Below are positions 17,810 through 25,357 of a stretch of DNA of 47,841 bases, in pieces (within the stretch, counting starts at the first letter, position 1; every line of letters starts with the position of its first letter). The stretch covers positions 1 through 47,841 of the forward strand of contig JBFENN010000002.1 of the NCBI GenBank assembly GCA_041551115.1, given 5' to 3'. The position numbers and the translations under genes were made by a program. The notes under the pieces were generated by a model. That model saw only the letters and a program-made list of their open reading frames with translations, searched no databases and was not told the origin of the DNA. Source of the DNA: Anaerolineales bacterium. GTDB lineage: Bacteria > Chloroflexota > Anaerolineae > Anaerolineales > UBA4823.

Positions 17810-20167
17810 ATGGAAAGCAATCCAACGGATGCAATGGAAGAGAAATATGAACAGCTGGCACAAAATTTCGCTCATTGGGAAAAAATCAAGGATCTGATTG
17901 ACAACTTAATCGATGTCATTCTGAATTACCGCCAGAGCGGACATCCCGGCGGTTCACGATCAAAAGTTTACCCGCTGGTGACACTGTTATTAAGTGGTGC
18001 GATGCGCTGGGATATCCGTCATCCGGAGAAAAAGTTTGGCGACCGTTTTGTCCTTGCGGGAGGTCATACCATCCCTCTTTTGTACTGCACATTGGCATTA
18101 TTCAACGAAGCCATGCGGATTAAATTCGAGCAAACCAAAGACCAACGCTACCAGATTCACAAAGCAGAAGAACGTGCCTTGTACTGGGAAGATCTATTGC
18201 AATTCCGCCGGCGTGGAGGGCTGTCTGGGCATGCCGAGATGGAAGGAAAAACACTCTTTTTGAAGTTCAATACCGGTCCATCTGGGCACGGCAACCCCGC
18301 GGCTGCAGGTGAGGCGCTTGCCCTCAAGCGGGCAGGAGCAGCTGGAGTGAAAGTTTTCGCAGTAGAAGGGGAAGCCGGTTTAACTCCTGGCGTGGTTCAT
18401 GAAACTCAAAACTCAGCTTGGGGATTAGGTTTAGACAACTTGTATCTGCTGGTTGATTGGAACGATTACGGTATCGATCCCCACACGGTGAGTAGTGTTG
18501 TGTACGGAACACCAAAGGAATGGTTCGAAGCTCACGGATGGCGAGTAGTAGGTACAGAAAACGGCAGCGAATGGGAAGCGGTAACGCGCACAGTTGTAGC
18601 TCTAATCCTGGGTGAAAATGAAAAGAAAGTGCCGAACGCAGCCTGGTTTAAAACCCGCAAGGGACGCGGTTACTACAAATATGACAACGCTTCACACGGC
18701 GTCCCCCACAAGACGAACAGCGAACCTTTCTGGAAAATCAAGGGAGAGTTTGCCGAGAAATATGGTGTGGAGTTCATGAATTTCGGTGGTTCCGCCCCCA
18801 TTGACCCGCAAGCAAAACTGGGGGAGTTCCGCGCCAACTTAGAAGCTGTAATATCTGTTCTGCACAAAGACCAAGCGCTCGTCAACTATGTGGCAGAAAC
18901 ACTAGTGACTTTGGGAGACAGCGTCCCAACTGGCATCCCTTCATTCAAGCTCGGCCAGCGCGGCAATCCTTTTGAGGACGAGCGGTTGTATGATTACAAA
19001 AACTACCCTGAAGACATGTACGGTAAACCGGGAACAGCCATAGCCAATCGGGCAGCACTTGCCAGGTGGGGAGCATGGGTGAACACATTCGGGGCCAGGA
19101 ATTACGATCGGCCCTTATTTCTGGCTGCTTCCGCTGACCTGGCAGAGTCAACCAACATCGTTGGATTTGCCCATGGCGATGGGGATTTCCCCGGGTATGG
19201 CTGGTACCAGCGTGATTCAAACCAGAACGGAGTCCTGCTGCCACAGGAGATCACCGAGTTCGGGACAGCCGGAATACTGACAGGTATGGCTACGGTGAAT
19301 TTCTCGGATGATCCTGAAAATCATTTCGATGGATTCTGGGGAGCCTGCTCGACCTACGGCTCGTTCTCATACCTAAAATACGGTATGTTTCGACTGTTCA
19401 GTCAGCTTGCCCAGGACTGCCAACTGAAGGTTGGCAAAGTGATTTGGGTGGCAGGACACTCCGGACCCGAGACAGCGGATGACAGCCGAACCCACTTCGG
19501 CATTTTTGCACCCGGCGTGACACAGCTCTTCCCCGAAGGACAGGTCATCAATGTTCACCCCTGGGAGTACAACGAAGTGCCTGTTCTATTGGCGGCAGCT
19601 CTCCAGCAGCCAACCCCGATCGTGGCATTGCACCTGACAAGACCCCCGGTGGAGATTCCTGATCGCAATAGTCTGGGTATGGAATCGCACTTTGCAGCCG
19701 CCAATGGCGCCTATATAGTACGTGATTACCGACCTGGTGAACCGCAAGCCGGTACTTTCTACGTCCAAGGCACCAGTTCAATGGTTTCTATCCTGAAGGC
19801 GCTGCCAGAAATCGACAAACAGGCTCTCAACATCAAGATTGTATATATCGCTAGCACCCAACTATTTGCCTTACAACCCAAGACATACCGGGACAAGATT
19901 GTTACCCCAGCAGACCGCGTTAACTCAACGGTGATCACGACCCAAGCACGCTGGTTAATGCATGACTGGTTGTTCAACCGCCTATCTGATGAGTACGCAA
20001 TTTCATCAGATTGGGACAATCGCTGGCGTACAGGTGGTGATTTAACCGAAGTAATCGAAGAAGCTCATCTTTCTCCTGATTGGATTGTGAACGGGATCCA
20101 ACGCTTCACAATCGAGAAAGAAGACCGGCTGAAACGTTTGCGTGAGGAACTCACCGCACTGGCCTAG
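17810..20167 (+). CDS. Atypically long (785 aa) transketolase-family ThDP enzyme
   Basis: SGHPGGS, DRFVLAGGHTIPLLY and TGPSGHG in the PP domain. AASADLAESTN, EITEFG and GHSGPETADDSRTHFGIF in the Pyr domain. The C-terminal domain is present. A GGAGGAG RBS precedes the ATG at 17810. Confidence 0.8.
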   Translation: MESNPTDAMEEKYEQLAQNFAHWEKIKDLIDNLIDVILNYRQSGHPGGSRSKVYPLVTLLLSGAMRWDIRHPEKKFGDRFVLAGGHTIPLLYCTLALFNEAMRIKFEQTKDQRYQIHKAEERALYWEDLLQFRRRGGLSGHAEMEGKTLFLKFNTGPSGHGNPAAAGEALALKRAGAAGVKVFAVEGEAGLTPGVVHETQNSAWGLGLDNLYLLVDWNDYGIDPHTVSSVVYGTPKEWFEAHGWRVVGTENGSEWEAVTRTVVALILGENEKKVPNAAWFKTRKGRGYYKYDNASHGVPHKTNSEPFWKIKGEFAEKYGVEFMNFGGSAPIDPQAKLGEFRANLEAVISVLHKDQALVNYVAETLVTLGDSVPTGIPSFKLGQRGNPFEDERLYDYKNYPEDMYGKPGTAIANRAALARWGAWVNTFGARNYDRPLFLAASADLAESTNIVGFAHGDGDFPGYGWYQRDSNQNGVLLPQEITEFGTAGILTGMATVNFSDDPENHFDGFWGACSTYGSFSYLKYGMFRLFSQLAQDCQLKVGKVIWVAGHSGPETADDSRTHFGIFAPGVTQLFPEGQVINVHPWEYNEVPVLLAAALQQPTPIVALHLTRPPVEIPDRNSLGMESHFAAANGAYIVRDYRPGEPQAGTFYVQGTSSMVSILKALPEIDKQALNIKIVYIASTQLFALQPKTYRDKIVTPADRVNSTVITTQARWLMHDWLFNRLSDEYAISSDWDNRWRTGGDLTEVIEEAHLSPDWIVNGIQRFTIEKEDRLKRLREELTALA

Positions 20168-20243
20168 AATCGAAAGGATCAGTAGCTGAAGTTTCTCTTG
20201 GAAGAAAAACTAACCAAGACGGTTTCCGTTAGGTAAATAGTGT

Positions 20244-20276
20244 CCGGTGTGGAGGGTATCTCCACACCGGTTTTTT
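20244..20276 (+). terminator. Rho-independent terminator after the transketolase-like gene
   Basis: CCGGTGTGGAG (20244-20254), loop GGTAT, CTCCACACCGG (20260-20270), then TTTTTT (20271-20276). Confidence 0.85.
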
Positions 20277-20305
20277 CAGCAAAGGATCGAAAAAGAAAGG
20301 CGAAA

Positions 20306-21553
20306 ATGCATACTGAAGAAATGACTTACACATGCAGTGATAAGGCGTTAGATGATTTCATTCTATTTTGCCGGTCAAAAAGATATAAGAAATTCATGCT
20401 TGTATGTGATGCAAACACACATGCTGTTTTAGGCGAACGAATTGAGAACATCTTGGATGATCACGATTGGCAGGTCCACACAGTCATCTTGCAAGGTGAG
20501 GAAGTGATTGCAGATGAAGAATACCTGATCCAGGTGCTGATGCAGGCAGATACTGAACCATGTACCTATTTAGCGGTTGGATCAGGGACTATCACAGACA
20601 TCACCCGTTTCTGTAGCCACCGCACACGAAATCCATTCATCTCGCTGCCCACCGCGCCTTCTGTAGATGGCTTTGCCTCGCTCATTGCACCAGTAGTGAT
20701 TCGCCGATTTAAGGATACCGCCTACGCTCATGCACCACTAGCAATCTTCGCAGATATCCAAACCTTGTGCAAAGCTCCTCAAGACATGATTGCGGCTGGG
20801 TTTGGAGATATGCTTGGGAAGTACACCGCACTGGCAGACTGGCGCATCGCAAACCTGCTGCAAGATGAACCTTATAAACCGTTAATAGCCGAGCGAACAC
20901 GCCGCGCACTTGAGCGCTGTGCAAATAACACATCCGAGATCCACAAAGCCACACCCACTGGAATCACAATTATTCTTGACGGATTGGTTGAGTCGGGTAT
21001 CTGCATGATGCTGAACGGCAATTCAAGGCCAGCTTCTGGCGCCGAGCACCACCTCTCCCACTACTGGGAGATGAGACTCCTGCAGGAGCACCGCCCTGCC
21101 GTTCTGCACGGTGCAAAAGTTGGCATTGGTACAATCCATATTGCCCGGCAATACGAGCAAATTCGGAGGCTCAACCACGAACAGGTCGAGCATTATTTGG
21201 AGGCAAGCACCCTTCCAGAGCGGGAACTTGAGCTCCGGAAGATAAGGGCAGCCTTTGGCCCGGTCAGTACCGAAATTGAGCGTGAACAGCATCGCTTTCT
21301 CTCTATGACCGAGGAAGAATTTGCGATGCTCAAAGCCAGAATAGCCACCCAATGGGACAGCATCCTGGAGGTAGCCGCAAATGTGCCGTCCTCAGTTGAG
21401 GTCCGGGAGCTGTTGGAGCAAGTCGGTGCGCCTACCGATATCACAATGCTGGGCTTAGACAGCAAGGAAGAAGCAGAAGCACTCCAGTATGGCCATTACC
21501 TGCGCAGCCAATTCACGGTGACCAAGTTGGGACGTGTGCTCGGTTTGTGGTAG
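20306..21553 (+). CDS. AraM/EgsA-like sn-glycerol-1-phosphate dehydrogenase-family (Fe-ADH_2) enzyme
   Basis: VGSGTITDITRF, LPTAPSVDGFAS, AGFGDMLGK and SGAEHHLSHYWE follow the remembered AraM/G1PDH pattern. The track start at 20240 lies inside the terminator hairpin, so I chose the ATG at 20306. Confidence 0.7.
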   Translation: MHTEEMTYTCSDKALDDFILFCRSKRYKKFMLVCDANTHAVLGERIENILDDHDWQVHTVILQGEEVIADEEYLIQVLMQADTEPCTYLAVGSGTITDITRFCSHRTRNPFISLPTAPSVDGFASLIAPVVIRRFKDTAYAHAPLAIFADIQTLCKAPQDMIAAGFGDMLGKYTALADWRIANLLQDEPYKPLIAERTRRALERCANNTSEIHKATPTGITIILDGLVESGICMMLNGNSRPASGAEHHLSHYWEMRLLQEHRPAVLHGAKVGIGTIHIARQYEQIRRLNHEQVEHYLEASTLPERELELRKIRAAFGPVSTEIEREQHRFLSMTEEEFAMLKARIATQWDSILEVAANVPSSVEVRELLEQVGAPTDITMLGLDSKEEAEALQYGHYLRSQFTVTKLGRVLGLW

Positions 21554-21701
21554 CAATTCGGTCCGATCATTAGAGCAAACATAATCAATGTTAGAATTGT
21601 TCAATCACATAATTGGAACAAACTGAATAGAGGAATAGTCATGGGTGGTTGCCGCACAATACAACCGATTCACCTCGGTAAATAAAAAGTGAGGTCAGCA
21701 G

Positions 21702-24371
21702 ATGAAAACTTTTGGCATGCTTGGCAGAAAACTCATCCGGTTCATCTTCGTCTGGTTCGTCGACACGATCTCACTCTTATTTACCGCCTGGATACTACCA
21801 GGCATCATATTAGAACCAGTGGATGATATGTCGGTGCTGGTGGTTGCAACCGCGGCAGCATTTGTACTCGGGATTGTGAACTTTCTTGTCCGGCCATTGC
21901 TGCTCTTAATCACCTTGCCGCTGGGATGGATTGCGGTATTTGTGTTCGGTTTCTTCATCAATGGTATTGTGCTGTGGTTGTCAGCGGCTCTGCTGCCGGG
22001 ATTTGAGGTTAACGGATTCTGGGCAGCGTTCTTCGGCGGTCTCATCCTTTCGTTTGTAAACACGATAATTACCACCGTTCTGGCTATCGATGACGAAGAT
22101 TCTTTTTACGAGAACCTGGTTCAACGTCAAGCAGCTCGTCAGGCGGTAGATATCCAACCCGATTCGGGCCGCGGGTTAGTCATCTTGGAGACTGATGGGC
22201 TAAGCTATCAAAGAATATTAAAAGCGATTGATGAGGGGATGATGCCAACTTTGAAGGAGATGATAGATGAAGAAGGGTATCAGATCTCGCGAGTAGATTG
22301 CGGTTTACCCCCAACCACTCCAGCCTGCCAGGCTGGCATCCTGCAGGGCAATAACGATAATATTCCCGCCTTCCGTTGGTTAGAGAAGAGCTCAGGGCGG
22401 ATGCTTGAGGGCGGTGCAGCCGCATCTGAGATTGAGCCGCTTCTTTCCGATGGTAACGGGCTCTTACGGGGTGGTTCAAGTATTGGGAATATGTTCAGCG
22501 GTGATGCTGCCAAATCGATCTTAACTTTTTCAAAAATTTTGGCCGGCACTCCTGAAGACAAAAAACAGCGCGCCCGGGACATGTACATGCTAATGCGCAA
22601 CCCGTATTTCTTCACCCGCGTGCTGGTGCTGTTTTTTGGAGATGTATTTCTAGAAATATGGCAGGGCTGGCGGCAGCGAAGGCAGGGTATTGAGCCGCGG
22701 TTGAACCGGTTGCATAACGGTTATCCGCTCCTCCGGGCAGCTGTCAACGTCTTTTTGCGCGACATTGGCACCTATTTCACGATCCTGGATATCATACGCG
22801 GAGCCCCTGCCATCTACACCCTGTATGCCGGGTATGATGAAGTTGCTCACCATTCAGGTCCGTACAGTCCAGATACTAATCTCACCTTAAAGCAATTTGA
22901 CAAACAAGTGGCTCGATTAAGGCGTGTGATCGAAGAGAAAGCACCTCGACCGTATGAAATTTTGATCCTATCGGACCACGGACAATCCTTCGGCGCGACC
23001 TTCGAGCAGCGTTATGGGATCTCTATTCTAGAGTTCATCGAAGCAAATCTGCCTCAGGGCACCAGATTATCAGGCAGCGGGGGCGGTGACGACGGCACAA
23101 TTGGCGTGTCGGCGATGATGGATGAGATGCAAAACATCCAGGACCAGAAACAAGGCGGTATGATCGGTAACGCCATGATGAGCAACACCCAACGAGTTGT
23201 CAACAGCAGCCTGAAGAACCGGGAAGGATTTCAAGAACACAAACCAGCCGAAGTGACGTTGGCCTATGGCGGCAATGGCGCGATGGTTTACTTTGACCTG
23301 TTCCCACGCAAGATCACCTTGAACGAGCTGAATGCAGCCTACCCAGGCATGGTTGACAAATTGGTTCAGCATGAAGGCATCGGGTTCGTCGTCGCATATG
23401 AAGATGATTTCACCCCAGTAGCTTTTGGTAAACATGGCGCCCGAAATTTAAAGACCGGTGATGTTGTAGGAGATGATCCATTGGAACCATTCGGCGACGT
23501 TGTGCTACGCACATGGCAGCTGGCTCGAATGGCAAATTTTAAAGATGCTGGCGACTTAATCCTTAACAGTACGCTTTACCCAGATGGCACCGTGGCCGCG
23601 CTGGAAGAGCTGATCGGCAATCATGGCGGCTTAGGTGGTGAACAGACTGATTCTTACCTGTTCCACCCCGGCGACATGCAGGTACCAGAGACACGCGGCT
23701 CATTTGAGTTTAAAGCGATCCTGGATACCCGGCGAGGGTTGCCCGGAGCGCCGCCAAAACCAGAACGATTGCAGGAACCGGAGGTAAACCCATGGGCGCT
23801 CAGGTCTCTCGCTCGTGGGCTTGTCCAAGTTCAAACCTGGCTGGGACTAGCTGCAAGTGCAATCACGTTGGATAAAGATACCTATCGACAGATTGCCAAG
23901 AACGCTTATATGACAGGACCTGCGTTATTGATTGGCTTGCTCGCTGCATTGATCCAATCGTGGGAAGCAGACGGTTACATAAATATCCCCAATATCCTAT
24001 TAAGATTTGGGGGCTGGTTTCTGACTGCACAATTTTTAACTGGCACAGCTCGACTCCTGCGCGGCAAAGAGAAATTCACCGCGACACTGCGCGTATCGGG
24101 ATTCGCCCAAAGTGCCCACATTTTAGAGCTGTTGGCTTTCATCCCAGTGATTGGTCCCATTGCACGTTTCCTAGCGCTTCTATTGACTTTCTTCGGCGTA
24201 TGGATCGGCACATCGATTGCCAACGAGCTGCGCGGTTGGCGCACGATACTACTGCCAATAGTCTACCTTTTGGTGATTGTTCTTACCTTCGTTTTCCTGA
24301 TAACAATCATCGAAGGTACCGCTTTTACTGTCGATAGCCTGCTCACGGATTTGGGTGTTACAGGTGAATGA
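21702..24371 (+). CDS. Three-domain membrane protein: N-terminal 4-TM holin-superfamily-IV-like domain, alkaline-phosphatase/NPP-superfamily core, and C-terminal Yip1-like polytopic domain
   Basis: Residues ~10-125 look PF04020-like (LPGIILEP...FLVRPLLLLITLPLG...FFINGIVLWL...LPGFEVNGFW). The core has ETDGLS, GLPPTTPACQAGILQG, YDEVAHHSGP, ILSDHGQS and GNHGGLGG. The last ~190 aa are Yip1-like TM helices. Confidence 0.8.
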   Translation: MKTFGMLGRKLIRFIFVWFVDTISLLFTAWILPGIILEPVDDMSVLVVATAAAFVLGIVNFLVRPLLLLITLPLGWIAVFVFGFFINGIVLWLSAALLPGFEVNGFWAAFFGGLILSFVNTIITTVLAIDDEDSFYENLVQRQAARQAVDIQPDSGRGLVILETDGLSYQRILKAIDEGMMPTLKEMIDEEGYQISRVDCGLPPTTPACQAGILQGNNDNIPAFRWLEKSSGRMLEGGAAASEIEPLLSDGNGLLRGGSSIGNMFSGDAAKSILTFSKILAGTPEDKKQRARDMYMLMRNPYFFTRVLVLFFGDVFLEIWQGWRQRRQGIEPRLNRLHNGYPLLRAAVNVFLRDIGTYFTILDIIRGAPAIYTLYAGYDEVAHHSGPYSPDTNLTLKQFDKQVARLRRVIEEKAPRPYEILILSDHGQSFGATFEQRYGISILEFIEANLPQGTRLSGSGGGDDGTIGVSAMMDEMQNIQDQKQGGMIGNAMMSNTQRVVNSSLKNREGFQEHKPAEVTLAYGGNGAMVYFDLFPRKITLNELNAAYPGMVDKLVQHEGIGFVVAYEDDFTPVAFGKHGARNLKTGDVVGDDPLEPFGDVVLRTWQLARMANFKDAGDLILNSTLYPDGTVAALEELIGNHGGLGGEQTDSYLFHPGDMQVPETRGSFEFKAILDTRRGLPGAPPKPERLQEPEVNPWALRSLARGLVQVQTWLGLAASAITLDKDTYRQIAKNAYMTGPALLIGLLAALIQSWEADGYINIPNILLRFGGWFLTAQFLTGTARLLRGKEKFTATLRVSGFAQSAHILELLAFIPVIGPIARFLALLLTFFGVWIGTSIANELRGWRTILLPIVYLLVIVLTFVFLITIIEGTAFTVDSLLTDLGVTGE

Positions 24372-24500
24372 GAGAACATGAAAATACGCCCATTTCCTTT
24401 TGTGACAAACAATTTCAAGGATAGTTAATAATTGTAAATCTATCCTACCGCTTCTGTATTGACATTTCTTTTTGAGCAATTAGTACTTTCAACAGATCTT

Positions 24501-25335
24501 TCAGCCCAGAACTCCTGCTCGACCGAGAATTGCTGTAGCACGCTGTTGCGATCTCGCTTCGACTCCTACTTGAATGGCATCATTCCCACCTACATCTGGT
24601 AGATCAACCAACCAGGCAGCATTTTGCCAGACCTGCTCACGCCAGGGGGTAATCAGCCTCTAGGTAAGCCATTCATCCAGTGGGCCTATAAGCTTATCCA
24701 CAAGGTCCATTTCCAGGCTCCTCCATTCGATGACCTGGTTTTGGACACCCCTGATAGTTTCAAAAATGATCTGATTGACGTGACCATGAGCGCGATAACG
24801 AGATCGTAACTGAAATAGGCAATGACTCGTGGAATCAGGTTATGCAGCGAGTGTGTCTCGGGATCCTGGGCGGCATCAAAAACCTGTAGCTCCACTGCCG
24901 GAGTTTTCCCATCTTCTATTTCGTATGCTTCCAATGCAGTGAAATTGGTATCCGTAAAATGGTGCAGCAAAGTAGCCACAATTGTGCAATCCTCAACCTT
25001 ACCACGCTAAACAGTTACGAGTATATCGCCGGCCATCATCACAAAGCAGCTGAGGAAAACCGCGCCTGACTCTTGCTTTTGCTCACATCAACAAACCAAT
25101 TGCTCCATTCGGTCTGTTGCCGACTTGTTGTCTTCCATCATCGTGACCTCAATATTAAGGAAATGAACAAGCCTTGGGTTATTCTCTAACCATCTTGAGC
25201 AACGATCGCTTGATGTACTCAGCTGGGTAACTGCGCTCGGTCTCAGTTGAACGATCTGGGTAGATATCTGCATCACGTAATCTCCGATGGTGTAATGTTT
25301 ATCAAGTAAAATGAGCCTGTTGTCAGCAAAATATC
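24501..25335 (-). pseudogene. Decayed minus-strand gene of unknown family with at least four frame disruptions
   Basis: Protein-like segments occur in alternating minus-strand frames: FADNRLILLDKHYTIGDY / DADIYPDRSTETERSYPAEYIKRSLLKMVRE* / NNPRLVHFLNIEVTMMEDNKSATDRMEQLV / RGKVEDCTIVATLLHHFTDTNFTALEAYEIEDGKTPAVELQVFDAAQDPETHSLHNLIPRVIAYF / HGHVNQIIFETIRGVQNQVIEWRSLEMDLVDKLIGPLDEWLT* / LITPWREQVWQNAAWLVDLPDVGGNDAIQVGVEA. The longest intact piece is the 97-aa track ORF 24686-24979. Confidence 0.35.
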
Positions 25336-25357
25336 AAATGTCATCAAGGATGAACGC

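Noticed and set aside
21702-22080. The holin-family domain as evidence of a prophage lysis cassette
   Set aside because: There is no endolysin, spanin, terminase or any other phage gene nearby. The domain is covalently fused to an enzyme and a Yip1 domain, so it is more likely a membrane anchor or module.
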